Source: Magallana gigas
Taxonomy: Eukaryota
Length of the DNA: 64,000 nt
NCBI RefSeq assembly: GCF_963853765.1
Contig: NC_088853.1
Location: 39,060,001-39,124,000 of the forward strand
Direction of reading: 5' to 3'
Part shown: in pieces, positions 35,252-49,327 of the stretch
How positions within the stretch are numbered: position 1 is the stretch's first letter
Layout of the letters: the number at the start of each line of letters is the position of its first letter
Notes under the pieces: generated by a model
Seen by the model: the letters and a program-made list of their open reading frames with translations, nothing else
The model's database searches: none
Told to the model about the DNA's origin: nothing
Program-made: the position numbers and the translations under genes

Positions 35252-36588
35252 CTACAATGATTAAAAATAATAGTTGTATATTATTTTAATGTACACGTAC
35301 ATAATGGCGCGCATGTTTCATCTTTAGCTTTACAATAACTATATCCATGCTTAACCTCCATATATGTTTGTCCTTATCATTTATTTTTTAAGAAGTGATT
35401 ATGTATTATGCATAAAATTGTGTGTCGACGATTTAGTTTCCGTAACAAAAGATGTGCATTTGTGTAGTTGCATTAACGAAGGTTATATATGTGACGGAGT
35501 CTATAAATATAACAGTTATGTTAAACATTAAAGCACAGGAATAAGCGTTCTGACAGAAAGGAAATGAGAACACTTTTGTCATTGTAGAAGTAACCTATCC
35601 GGAGAAGGAATCAACCAGAGAGTCACACAATATATTTACATCATCACACCCGGTGCATGCATCACTGCATTTCTTATTATTATTTTGTTAGAAAAACTTA
35701 TCAAACATGCTAATGGAAATATAAGAGGAAATTAATTGATACAAATGACGGAAGGAGGTTTTTTCTGTTGATAATTGCATTGCCCTTTAATTTTTCAAAA
35801 ACAAAAATGATAATTATTTTCATGCACCAATAAATATACAATGCTAAGTTGTAAATAAATAAACATATTTTTGAGTTGGGTTAGGATATTAATTGTTTAT
35901 TTTTGGGTTTATAATCTAAACACTATAAGTAATTCTAGGCCGGCATTTATATTATAACATTATTTTTTATTTTGGAAATAAAGGAAACGGCTAATGGGGT
36001 TCATCTTAAACAGATATGGTTTGATAGAATGTGTTGTCATTCCTGCTATCTCTAATATTCAATACTGAGTGCGCGGTCATCCCTGTTTAATTCCCAATTA
36101 ATACAAGAATGTGGCAATCGCTGTTTTGGTGGTGGTTGCAGCGGATCACTTATATGTGTGTGTGATCATCCTTACTGGTGGTCTTACCATTGCGTCGCAA
36201 ATATACGGCACTACCTGATTGTGTTATGTTTGCGTTGTTGGCGAAAAAGTGCGATACTGTATGCTTGCGTAAACGCTGGAACCTGTTGAGTTGCGCATGC
36301 TGCAGTCATTACTGCCTACATAACATAGAGTCCCTATATAGGTGCAGACGCGCTGAATAAGTATGTATTTTTTACATATTTGCAGAACTCAGAATTATTC
36401 AAGTCTATCTCGAGTACGGGCCTGCGGTGGAACACATGCGGCGAACTTCTTACACGTTATACAATGTCATACAGTTTTATCTGATAAAGACAGCAATGAC
36501 TCTACAAAGAGTACACTATAAATTTACCTGATTATCAATCCACCGAAATGCATGCTTACAAATGTGAAACATATTTACAACCACTCAC

Positions 36589-36726
36589 GTGTTTTACACA
36601 AGTATCCTTGATATCCACCATCACAACCAGTTAAGCATGTTCCATTTGTATAAAAGCATTGGTCGATTTCACGACAGTTTCCACATTTCTCTTTACAATC
36701 AAAGCCGTATGAACCGTTGTTGCAAC
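36589..36726 (-). CDS. Host gene A EGF-like exon
   Basis: 138 nt, AG/GT, phase 1-1; CNNGSYGFDCKEKCGNCREIDQCFYTNGTCLTGCDGGYQGYLCKT. Confidence 0.9.
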
Positions 36727-37093
36727 CTTAATTATGAAAAATTATTTGTTTAAAAAATTATCAGAATATGTGATACACAAACATAAATACATCCTGATGT
36801 TTTGAAAGATATTTGATTGGACTGTCATTTCATATATTTTAGACATTTTAAGAAGCACTTAACACACGTTTAAAATGTCACTATTGTTCTGTTAAATAAT
36901 GATCCGAGACAGTGTTTTATGTTTCCGCTTTATATAATTTAATGTCGTCTTGTAGTTGCATAAACGAAATTTTAATCAATCTTCATTTATGCAACTTAAG
37001 AATTAAGGTATTTATTATCAATCAAATGACTTGATTTGACAACAGATCGTTATATTCAAAGCTTGACTGGTGCCTTGCCGATTTTCTACTCAC

Positions 37094-37231
37094 GGGTTTC
37101 ACATAATTCTCCACTAAAACCAGCGTCACATCCAGTTAAGCAAGAACCATTGACATTGGAGCATTGGTTGATATCTCGACAGTGTCCACAAGTTTCTTTA
37201 CATTCAAGACCATATGATCCTTTGTCACATC
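37094..37231 (-). CDS. Host gene A EGF-like exon
   Basis: 138 nt, AG/GT, phase 1-1; CDKGSYGLECKETCGHCRDINQCSNVNGSCLTGCDAGFSGELCET. Confidence 0.9.
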
Positions 37232-39269
37232 CTTAAACATTTATAAAGGTATAGTTAGGGCTTTGTGAAAAAAAGTAAGGGAGCATAAGCCAAAATCAAA
37301 CCTCGTATTTTATATATATATTTGTAAATTTTTGTGTCAACTATGTAATTTTGGATAGTTAAAATTTTAAAATAGTGTGTAAATCGGGCTAAACTACAAC
37401 ACTTCATACTAACTAGCCTTACTAAAAATATTTTTGCATATTTGCTTTAAGGTAGAAGAACGACAAATGTGACAATAGCAAACAACTTCTTAAAAGCTCC
37501 TAGAAATGTATAGGTTTCTTAAAAGAAACCCAATCCCATTAAAAAAGGGAAAAATACCAAATAAACCAAAAATAACAAAATAAAACAAAACAAAGAAACC
37601 ATAATTTTGTGTTTTTCTACATCTGGATGTACGTTTGCCAAATTAAACTTTAATTACAGTATACTGTTATAAATTTTACTTTGATCTTATTCTTTTGTTT
37701 ATTTCGTCTTTTCATTTTTTTATCAAAATTAAAAAAAAAAACTACATCTACCTATGACACATATAATTGTAAAACATGTAACGGATTGACGTATGGCTAC
37801 CTTTATTGTTTAAGGAAGGAGTCTTTTTATTATCAAACATACTTCTTATAATAAGAAATGCATGAAATTTTGACACAGTCAAACGGATCATATTACTTAA
37901 TGATTCTATCAGTTTAATTAAATTTGACCGTTTTGTTTTCGGATAAAGGTCAGGTCAAGGTCACTACCTTTTTCCTCAACGTAAAGAGTGATAAAAATAA
38001 GTGTAGCTCTTTATAGTTCTGTAGAGATTTGTTTAAGATTTGAAGATTCAAATCTTCAATGAAATCATAGACCATGAGAGTGTCTATCAGCTTATACTAC
38101 TAAATTGGAATAAATATTTATACTAAAATTGATATTGCTTAGCCCGCATTTCCTCTAATTTTCTTAAATTTTGAAGAAATTTTGATTATTTTTTTATGCT
38201 TCCAATAATAAAATATTTCTAATTTTTATGTATTATGAAGACTTTATATAAAGATATAAATTGACAGAAAAGCTAATATATTCACCGTTTCATAAGAGAG
38301 AAAAACTGATTTTAGTGATTTTTTCACAAAAATCAATGTATAGAATGGGCGCTATAAAAAGCTTATAAAATATTATTTGATAGGCAAATCATATTTTAAA
38401 AACATATTCTGAAACCCAAGTATCATATTATTAGTTCACATTAGTAAAAAAAATCCAACATTATTGTTATTGCTTTTAAAATGCTAAAACAGACTCATTA
38501 TATATATATAATCTGCAGCAATTCTGAATTGCGCAACATGTGATATTTTCCTACGCCAAAAATATAGTCCTTGTTCCATTCTAAACATTGATTACATTTT
38601 TCTATGCCAAGTTGTATGATAGTAAAAAAGAAAGAAAAATATACTATTTTAATTTCCTTTCATCTTGATTTAATGAACAATTAATCAAATTTACGTTTGA
38701 CAAGTCGAAAACCAGAAAAGACTCCTTCCTTAATATATTTTATAACAACATAACACCGTGTTAATCATTACTCATACAGGTAAGTATGAATGGCATGGTT
38801 AATGAAACAAAATGTGACACATTAGGGAAATTCCTCGAAATAAAGTATCGAAAATAATACATTAACAATCAAAACCGTTAATCTTTGTAATAGAGCACAT
38901 TATTTACGATCGCGGCAAAAGGTACGATAAGGGTTAACACTCTATACCGTTACTTATTCTAACAAATTCCACGTGGTACATGTAATGAACTGATGTCTAT
39001 GTTATATTTATTCAGAACAAAATTGATGTATAAATTCATAGGTTTACATGTATCACATAATGAGCATTGCCATGCTTAAAAAGACTTCAAACAACTGTTC
39101 ATATGAATTTAAACCTACATCAAACTTTGAACCTCTTGCATTGCCAAATAATTATTCACAGTTTAATCTACTTAATTTTTTTTAAAACATGTAACTTTGC
39201 TTGCATATTAGTAATATTATATACTATATAGCTTTGAGAATATTCAATTTCATTTCTAATTAAAAATTT

Positions 39270-40290
39270 AGCACCCCCTCCCCTCCAAAAAATATTCGTC
39301 TTTTCCTATCTAATATGGTTTTTAAACATTTCCCCTATTTATTACACTTCCCGAGGATGTTTCCACACAAGTTACAGCTTTTATGCAAACTTAAAAAAAC
39401 ATTCTCTTTAGACTTCTTCGTAAATATTGGACCCCTCCCCCACCATGTTGGCCCCATCCTTCCCCGTTGTATTTTGGTTTAAGAAAAAATTGGATCTATA
39501 CTACCTGAGAATACGTACACTCAAGTTACAACTTAAATGGCCGATTGTTTTAGAAAGCAGCTATTTTTAGATTGTTCTCTCTATGTTCCTTTGAAAAAAC
39601 TGCCCCTCCCCCCCCCCATTTTGTCCACAACGTACCCCTGGAGATCATGATTGGAACAAACTTGAATTCGCAATACCTAAAGCCGCTTACATCTGTTCTG
39701 GTTAATTGTTTTTTTTTTCCTCTAAAAATTCCCATGTAAATATTCAACCTCCAGCATTGTGGCCCTACTGCACCCCCGGAGATTATAATTTAACAAACTG
39801 AAATGTATACTACCTCAGGGTGCTTCAACACAAATTTCAGCTTTTCTGGCCAAATGGTTTTCGATAAGAAGACTCTTCAAGATTTTTTCCATGTATTCCT
39901 TTGTACATATTCAACCCTCTATTGTGGATCCACCACACCCCCAAGGATCATGATTTGAACAAACTTGGATCTATACTACCGGAGAATGATTCCACACAAA
40001 ATTGCAGCTTTTCTAGCCAATTGGTTTTTGAGAAGATTTTTCAAAGATATAAACAATTTAATAACTCTTAATTATTATTTTTTTAACAAAGGTGATGCCT
40101 TTTATTGTAGCAAAGTCGAACCCCACCACCTAGGGATAATTTAAGCCAAGTTCAATTGAAATTGGTCCATTGGTTCGGAAAAAGCCAAAAATGTTAAAAG
40201 TTTACAGACTGACAGACAGACAGACAGACAGACAGGCGGACGTCAGACAAAACGTGATCAGAAAAGCTTACTTTAGCTTTAAGCTCAAGC
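39270..40290 (+). mobile_element. Non-autonomous Helentron-like element with ~166-bp internal tandem repeats and (GACA)n
   Basis: Units recur, e.g. caacc..cattgtgg at ~39745 and ~39911; ends acagacagacag...gtgatcagaaaagcttac, like the element at 1255-1665. Confidence 0.65.
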
Positions 40291-40374
40291 AAGGTTGAAA
40301 AGTATGTCATATGTCTTCAGCCATGCATATATATGTTAAATATTCTATTGGGTACTACGTAGATGTCTACATAC

Positions 40375-40512
40375 CTGTTTTACACATGGCCCCCTGATAT
40401 CCAGCAGCACATCCAGTTGAACATGTACCATGTATATGGTGGCATTGGTATATTTCACGACATTGTCCACATCTTTCATTGCAGTCAACACCAAACAATC
40501 CTTTGTTGCATG
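40375..40512 (-). CDS. Host gene A EGF-like exon
   Basis: 138 nt, AG/GT, phase 1-1; CNKGLFGVDCNERCGQCREIYQCHHIHGTCSTGCAAGYQGAMCKT. Confidence 0.9.
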
Positions 40513-41392
40513 CTAAAAATAGAACAAACACTAAAAACAGTTTAATGTAGAGCATGTTGCGTAGAAGTGTAAGTATTACAACTGTGAAAACCAAAATGGC
40601 GCCCTCTTAAGCCAATATGCTTATCAGAATATAATATCAATGAGACAGCAAACCGGGTTTCCTTTTTTTTATGTGAACTGTATCTATAATCCATGTCAAC
40701 CCTGAATTAATACACACTAAATATTATTATACTAATATTTTTTTTTCATGAATTATCAGAAATTAAATTTCTAGCAATATACACATCGATGATATATGTA
40801 CAATTCTGCAAAAGAAGAGCTTTCTATCTTGAAAACTGTAGGAGGGGTTATCCATTAAATAAGGGTACCCTCTATGCAATATTTTACCCAAAAAAATGTT
40901 TAAGATCAAAGCTGGTATTTTCGTTTCCTAAAGTATCAGAAATCAAAATCTTACAATAAATACATCTCTAATATATGTACAATTCCTTTGTTAAGAACTG
41001 TAGGAGAAGGTATCCATACAATGAGGGTAACCTTTTGACAGCCCTCCGCTTGCTATTTTCACCATTTTAATAACCAGATTGTTTCGTTATAAAATCTGGT
41101 GAATAAAAATGGTAGACAAACCTTTTTACGGTTTCATAAAATTCACAGTAACATATTGCCACATACATGTACATGTAGATGACGAAACAATGTTCAGTCC
41201 CCATAGAATCAATTTGGTTTTTTTTCTCAAATACCTGAAATACCTTAAATTCCCTAGCTGACATTTTTCATCCTTTTAAAATTAGGATAAACTATAAGAA
41301 TTAGACAAAATATATGTTTTTCTTGTCAAAAAGTTGCAAAGTTGAGCCAATAATTGTAATATAAAAAAAAAAATCAACGGTGAGTAATTATA

Positions 41393-44300
41393 CCGGTGTA
41401 ACGAAGAATTTTGACCCGGGTTGAAAATTGACCCGGGGATCATTTTTCAACGTTGAATATTGAGACCAAAGGTGTTGAATAAAGACCCTAAATCGTTGAA
41501 AATTGACCCGCATCGTGGAATTTTGATCATGAAACCGGTTCAAAATTCAACAGCAAAGAAGCACAAATTAACGAATCAATATTATAACTTGAGTTTATTT
41601 AATTAAAAATTATCAGTTTTTATATATTTATTCTTTAGATTTATATGTTCACATATTTCAACGGACGGGGGTGGAACCCCCTTCCACCCCCGTCCGTTGA
41701 AATGCATGCACAAACTGCGTTAAAATGAGACTTAAATAACTATTTTTTGAATTTACATAGTATCCCTTTAAATATGTACATGTTATAACTATTAAATTAT
41801 TATAAACTTATCGCGTATAATGCTGTTTTGTGTGATATCTATATATTTTTAAAGAAATATATGTTTTTTTAATAATATTAGTATACATAATTTCTGAGTG
41901 GGTGTAAACAAAAATCAAAGTACTGAAGTACTGACGGGAGTTGATTTTATCGATTATTTTTTATTTTAAATCAACGATTTGTAATTGTGCATGCATGGCA
42001 AGTAAATTCCTGTAAGTATTTGAATTACGCACATTTTTTAAGTAATATTTTTTATACATGTAATATTTCCTACAGGAAATTCGTGAAATTCCAATATCAA
42101 TCATGTTGTGTAATATTCAAAGAATTAGTCCATCAAACTGCGTATCAGTAATCGAAATAGTTATGAGAAATTTTATGGATCCAAGCAAAATTGAACTCTA
42201 GTCTCGTTCAACCAGACTCTCAGCTGTATTCGTTAATCTCCGAAAAGCAAGAGAGACTCTCTGCTTGTCGGAGATCTACGGAGACAGCCGAGCGTCTGGT
42301 TGAACGAGACTATATTGAACTCTGGCGTAGGAATGCATAAAATGTACGACTTCAAAAAATATCTAAATTGTTCGTATCATTTAAAATCTGACTATTTACA
42401 AGGTATCTATAAATTAGTTTCCTTGAAAAACAATGCTTAATAACTCATTTCATCGATTTATTGATTAGAACTAAATGTTGTCAGCGGTGTTGATTTGTGC
42501 TTAGGTCCAAACACGGTTTCACTTTCGGTTTGCCGGAGTAACTGCAAAGGAGAGTTGATTAAAATCAACTCCCAAAAATTACAGTATGTCATATTGAGGT
42601 TTTTTGTTTGCACCCACTCAGTTTGTTAAAACTGTGCCTATCTGCATTTTGTATTCACACCCATCCACCAATAACAGTTTACAAAATGATGATATGCTAA
42701 CATGTTTGTACTCTTTCATGAACAATGCTGTAGTAACTATATCTTGAAGCCGATTTTTTGGTGTTTTATTTGTTCCGTTAGAATAACTTCTGATGTAACT
42801 AAATATCATCAAATCGCTAATTTTTCTAGGCATTAGCAATTCTGCTTCATGGAATCTGTAGCAAGTTAGCAACCTAATTTTTGTACAGGATGACAATAGA
42901 ATTTTGCTTTAAAGTTTCTAAATTGCTTTGATCACAAACATTTATCATAAATTTGCTCACACTAATTGTTTTCGTCAATATATTGGTAACTTGCATTTTT
43001 TGAATAGAAATAAGTAGTGGAAGATCATACAGCAGCGTTGGAGTAGATGATTGACCTTCCTATCACAGCCACCTACATTATTAATTTAATTTAAACGTGT
43101 TAAATGTGTATATTATGTGTATATAAGACATGATCAGGTACTTGAATATTGAATAATTATCTGAATATTTATCATCTAATATAAGTATAAACATGGGAAA
43201 CAATTTTTCAATTTTATCTATATGAAAAATCAGAACTACCATAAAGTATATAGTTCATATAAAATGGTACACTAATGTCAATAAGTTGTTTAAGAAGTTC
43301 GTCTCTTTGTTGAGTGTATCTTGGATATCCAGGGAAAAATCACATTTCCTTCAGATTCAGACCCACAGTATAAACATCGACTCGCATCAGATAAAAAAAT
43401 CCTTAAAAAAGTAAGCTTTACTAGCTTTATTCCGTAATTGGCGTAAAATAATATTTCCTATTGTCTTAATTGAAAGGTTTGTAAGCTCTAGGTGTATTTT
43501 GTTTTTTAAGTTTTGACTTAAAAGAAAGATAAAGTTGATGAACTTTTCTTTTCTGCATGAATATTTTTTCATAATTTACATGTAGACGGAGCAAAGCTAT
43601 TGTAATAAGTATATAGTGGTAGATAGTAAACAAGCTAATTTGATCTATGATTATATGCATGTTCAGTAAGAAAATATGATTGAATTCAATCTAACATATC
43701 GTGTGGTGCTAAACCATTTATATTCTTGTAGAATATAATTAGTTTATAGCTATCCCTTCGAGATTGCAAGGTTTCCAAATTAATCTCACTATATAAAATC
43801 ATTTTAGAAGAATTAACTCTGATCCCTGGCACTGTCCTGGTTGCTTTAATTTGTACATGTTTAAGCAGTTCGGATTTTTCCTTGATACAGCTGCTCCAAA
43901 CAACATATCTATCAGTCGTATACTTTTTGCATACCTGTTCATGTATATACCATTAATATAATAAGATCAACCATCCTCCGACTGTATATTTAGATGCAAA
44001 CCTACTTTTTTGAAATTGTTAACATTTTTGCTGTAGAGGGTATATGTTTTTAATTTTGAGAAAATATGTTACGTCAGTTGCCTGTGTTTCTAATTTACAG
44101 GTAAATAATAGAATTGAAAACTCAAAATAATACAAATAAGTTTCATTTTTAAGAAGAACTATGACTGTATATGCAGAAAATTGGATGGTGCTTCAATAAA
44201 GTTAATCAGACAAGTTTATGAAAAATTATTTTTAAGTCGTAAAAAATTAAAAACATGTGTAAATATGTATATGCTGTATACATATGTATAAAAAACCCAG

Positions 44301-45111
44301 TATATATGAAAAAGGATAAAAATATAACAACCATTTATTTATTATTTTGTCAGTGAAATATTCTGACTTCTTCAAATTAAGCATAGGTTTCTGCCATTAT
44401 ATCCTTTTGTCTTGATATAAATATATATACCCTTTACCCAATAAAGCAGTATAGAGGTTATATATTTTCAATTATTAGAAAAATATACAACGTCAGGTGC
44501 CTGTCAAAAAGAGCTCTGTTGAATTGCCTTAAAAGTGACGATAACGGGCAATATGTTTGTTTGATATATTTATCAGAGATTGTAACAAGTTTAAACTTAA
44601 AATTCTGTCACATGAGGGAATGAAAACCATGTCATCTATGTCAAAAAATATTCTAGCCCTACTCGCCTGCTCCATTCCGAAGCAAACGGTCATCTTCTTA
44701 GCTTTATTTAGTATAAATAAATAGTATTGTAATAATAAATGGATATCATATTTTCAATCTAAAAACAAAATGATTAATTGGACATATCAGCCTAAAAGAA
44801 ATTAGCCACGTCCGCATATGTATCGGACAGTATGTACATTTTAAAACTGAAACTTTCAAATATGTGCATGATTGTACATTTAAACCGTGTAGAGTAAGTT
44901 CCAGTTCAGATCAAAACTCTGAGGTTTGGGTCAATTCTCAACAGGATCAATTTTCAACGGGTCGATGTCATCAGAGTTTAGAAAAATCTTTCTCATACCG
45001 TTGAAAAATGACCCCGGGTATAAATTTCACGATTTTGGTCTCAATTTTCAACGTTGAAAAATGACCCCCGGGTCAATTTTCAACCCGGGTCAATATTCTT
45101 CGTTACACCGG
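41393..45111. mobile_element. 3.7-kb non-autonomous DNA element with ~80-bp terminal inverted repeats
   Basis: Left end ccggtgtaacgaagaattttgacccgggttgaaaattgacccgggg... matches the reverse complement of the right end ending at 45111; subterminal TTGACCC/TTTTCAAC motifs; no coding signal or TSD found. Confidence 0.7.
41915..42578 (-). mobile_element. Second copy of the HINE element, inverted and nested in the TIR element
   Basis: Reverse-complement similarity to 33485-34155, including the subterminal repeats and the central palindrome (42199-42312). Confidence 0.7.
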
Positions 45112-46257
45112 CATGAAACTTATTAACTGATAGAGCAAACACGTTATTTAACTTTTCCGTTATTCGTTTAAGTTCAATAACGAATTTGTATGTAATCTTA
45201 AAGTGAATTCGTTCTTAAACAGTCACATGACAGTATTTCAAACTGTCGTTCGTTTTATACTCGATAGGACAATATTTTACAAATATAAAGTTCATTGACA
45301 AAACAAGGATTTGAAAGTGTTTTTTTTTTTTTTTTATACAACGCGGCTTCATACGACAACATGCAACCAAATACACCTTTGACAAATCAAAATTAGAAAC
45401 AATGAAATAAATTACATTTCCCGAAGAGTGTGTTTTGTGTTTGCAGTCCATTAGCGATAACTCCTGGATTTTGACGATAATTGAGTTATTATTGTAAACA
45501 CCCCTAGAATAAGATGTAGTTTACCGTGGATATTATCAACAAGACTCAAAACGCAAAGTCAAGGGTAGGTGACTTTTTTTGTATCTTGTAAAGCCGCGAT
45601 TATTCCATTTAATAAACATTAAAGCAGTCAACAAATATTTGAATTTCATATGTTTTAGAATTATTAATATATGTACAATATTCGTTACAGAAATGAAGAA
45701 TTGCGGTACATTTTCATTAAGAGCTTACATATACTTCGTTAGAGTCGTAATTTCTTTAGAGTCGTGTTCGATATATACGGTAATTTTATTTAGGTTCATA
45801 AACAGACTTTACTGGAACATAAATAAAAATTCTGCATAGCCGTGAATTTGCTTAATTTCAAATTTGCTGTAAAAAAAAAAGTTTACCTGACTGCCTACTA
45901 TCAATACTTTTTATTCTAACATGTGTGAAACTTTTTAAAAGTCAATGCAGGAACTAAACGGCAAAGCATTCTTTTTTTATATGGAATCAAATGGGTTCTA
46001 AAATATAAGATTTCAATGCTTTTAAATTTGTTATAATCATAAGTACACGCATGTTTATGATCTTTTATTATACACAATTAAAACGAAAAATATTACACGC
46101 TTTAACCTGTTTTGTATAATTGTTTCAGAATTAAAAAAAATATCTTCAAATTTGATTAGTTCTACCAATGCTTTGTAATGGTAGCCAATACGTAACGAGG
46201 CCATATACAGGCTTGCACACGTTTAAACAATCTTTGTCTATTGAAACTATTTCTTAC

Positions 46258-46392
46258 CTAACACACAACGATGACCTTGGTACCCAGGTTTACAGCCCTG
46301 ACAGGTGCCCGTCTCTATGTGACAGTACTGACAGTTGACATCTGGACAGGGAATGGAGCAGTTAGATCCGTAAAAGCTTGTTTCTGGACATC
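46258..46392 (-). CDS. Host gene A first EGF-like exon after the lectin domain
   Basis: 135 nt, AG/GT, phase 1-1; CPETSFYGSNCSIPCPDVNCQYCHIETGTCQGCKPGYQGHRCVL. Confidence 0.9.
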
Positions 46393-47716
46393 CTGTACAT
46401 GAACAGTTATTTATTACACGATTTTTGTTTTAATTTTGTAGAATCTATTCTCAAAGAAATAAGATGCAAGAGGCGTAAATGTACATGACTGTGTGTATTG
46501 GTATGCAGGAAAATTCATCAAGACAATTTTTAATCAAACCAGGAACATATTGCAATATTGCAACATTTAGAACAAAACAGTTTGACCTGTAAACTCCTGT
46601 TGCTGGAGAACCGTCTTTTATGCTAATACTTACCTTTATAAAATATATTCCCTGCGATGACCTTAAATATTAACTAAGTACCATGCGTTATATTAACGAG
46701 ACAATGGAATATACCGGTAGGACCAAACCAATTCAATGAGAAACATATCGCAACATTGCAACATTTATAACAAAACAGTTAGATGCCTAAAACCCTTTTG
46801 GTGGACACCTTTTAAGAAACGCTAAATAAATTAAATAATATATCTTGCAATGTTCATATATTTTAACTGCGTATCATGCATTTTTTTACATGAACAATAA
46901 GTATAGATGTATATCTCTGAGTTGGTAACGAGACTTATAAAGGGAGTTTAGATGACTTTGTGATTTGTGAGAAAACAAGAAGGGGGTCAATTGGTTAAAC
47001 TGTTTTGGTTTGTTTGTGATTTTTGGTAAATTTACCCTGTGAAATAATCAGTCAAGATATGTTATAGTGTACGGTATATATATGCATACCTAACGGTTCA
47101 AACAACTGTTTAACAAAAAACGTTCGCATGTACCTGACAGCATTGGGTACGGATAACTATACGTTTACATAACGCCATCAAAGAACCATGTAACTTAAGA
47201 AAGTATAAGTAAGCATAAGTTAAAAGTATATCAAAGCAATGGTTTTATTTATTTGGTTTGCTAGTAGTAAAGCAGATTAAAAAACACCGACATTGGTGAT
47301 GCACTGTGATAGTTCAGTAATGAGCTCCACCTTCATCAAGCCATTGTGGACTGAAAACCCCTTGCTAGCAAAGATGTCATCAACCTAAAAGGGTTTTCAT
47401 GTAATTGAAAATCATGACACATTCTACAGACATTCCGATAATGCATTGATGCTAGAAAAATCAATGCATATCCACTACATGACTAACATATAACTCTGTC
47501 TGTCATACTGAAGATCTCTGACCACAGAGTCATGGATTGTATAATATAATACAGACATTATCGTCCACCATACATTAAACTATGCCAAGTATTTATTTGC
47601 CTTTTTTTATTCTAAGTAACTCGCTTATTCAAGACGCCTGTTATTAAATTTAAGTATTTTAACAACTTCTGCTGAGTATCTGCTCACCCAGTACCAGTAT
47701 GAATGTTGTCACTATT

Positions 47717-47848
47717 TATAAGGTTTATAAGGATAAGGATTTTAAGGATAAGGAGTATAAGGATAAGGTTTATAAGGATAAGGATTATAAGGATAAGGTT
47801 TATAAGGATAATGATTATAAGGATAGGGTTTATAAGGATAAGGTTTGT
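47717..47848. repeat. 15-bp minisatellite TATAAGGATAAGG(T/A)T, about 8-9 copies
   Basis: Directly visible periodicity. Confidence 0.9.
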
Positions 47849-48571
47849 TTATAATATGCATTATGGAATAAGGATTATTTGATTATAACGGTTATTATAA
47901 AACCATAATATATATAAATACATTTTGTTGTGTATTATGTAAGTCGTGGCTACAATCGCCAAATCACAAAATAAAAATATTACATGAATTATTCTGTTTG
48001 TCTTCATTGTCTATAACAATGTCTTCGCGTCGGTTGACAAGGGTTTTCTCGGGGTGTCAATTTCAACTGTTACCCTCGCAAACAGGCACTATTTATATAC
48101 AATATAATGGTATATACCATCATTTCAGTTATACTGATTGGCTACTTTAACCCCGCCCTAACATACATGTAACATCCATGATCATTACAGGAAGAGGATT
48201 CAGTTAAATTGGACCTAAATGAAATATTTGGAATGCTTTATTCCTGTCCTGAATCATCTTTATATTGATTTATCATCAAAAGGTTTCTTTGTGCCTAGTT
48301 TTAATAAATAAATGCACATCCTTATAAAAATTGCTAAGCATAGCATGCATTTTACAATGTGTCATTGATTGTTAGGAGGGGGGTTCGTAGAAAAAAATGG
48401 ACACTTTAAATAATTGAACATGATTTGATAGGCTCATTACTGATTTATTCAGCAGGGTATATACACTAGTTTTTTGTGTTATGTTTTGACGATAAAGGTA
48501 AATATGTGTCGTAATATAAAAAAAATATTACAACATTTATCAAAGGTTGTTGAAATTACAAAGAACACTAT

Positions 48572-48810
48572 CTAAACACCTCTACTTAACATAGGTTACT
48601 CCATACATTACTATAATAACCGTCAGAGTAGACAACTCCAGGTGGTCTCTCGTTGTAGTAGATGGCATATTGTCAGATAAATATACAGTTTGTTGTGAAG
48701 ACAGAAGGTACATGTATCATTGTGTTTATTGTGAAATAATTATCCTTGAAACACAACCTCCACTGTGATCTATCCGTGATATTGGAGACATACACGGATA
48801 ACACAAGTAA
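48572..48810 (-). pseudogene. Dead duplicate of the lectin-like exon at 49067-49327
   Basis: SVYVSNITDRSQWRLCFKDNYFT...FTTNCIFI*QYAIYYNERPPGVVYSDGYY...NLC*VEVF; two in-frame stops and no splice donor at the end. Confidence 0.8.
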
Positions 48811-49066
48811 ATTGCAAATCAAAACAACTTACTGTTATTACAACAAGGGGGGGGGGCAAACATTCAGAAGTTAAAATAGACACTTTAAATGCCTGGATAA
48901 AATTTGATAGATTTATTTGAATTAACAACACTGTAACTTTGATTAAATCCACAAGGTCTGCACACTGTTCTGTTGTTCTACGTTTTGAAAAAAAATAATG
49001 TAGACCTATTACCACATTTTAAACAATTTTGAAAGGTTATTAGAATTTAAAAAAAAAACCGCTTAC

Positions 49067-49327
49067 CATACACTTCTACTTCACAAAGGAGAATGTCAAC
49101 ATATCTATAATAATCGTCAGGGTAGACAACTCCTGGTAGTCTCTCGTTGTAGTAGATGACATATTGTCCATGAACAAAACAATTTGTTGTGAAGACAGGG
49201 GGTATTGTGTGTATTGTGAAGTTGTCGTCCTTGAAACACAACGTTCCCTGTGATCTATCCGTGGTATTGGAGACATACACAGAGAATCCAAGTAAATGCT
49301 CTGCTATGTACGACCGAAAGCTGGAAT
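49067..49327 (-). CDS. Host gene A exon: C-terminal half of the F-type-lectin-like domain
   Basis: Acceptor ttttgtacag| and donor |GTAAGC; 261 nt, phase 1-1; LLGFSVYVSNTTDRSQGTLCFKD...GQYVIYYNERL...LCEVEVYG. Confidence 0.88.

Larger units (their letters stand above)
34771..36880. repeat. Segmental tandem duplication, copy B (partner 31075-34548)
   Basis: See copy A. Confidence 0.85.
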
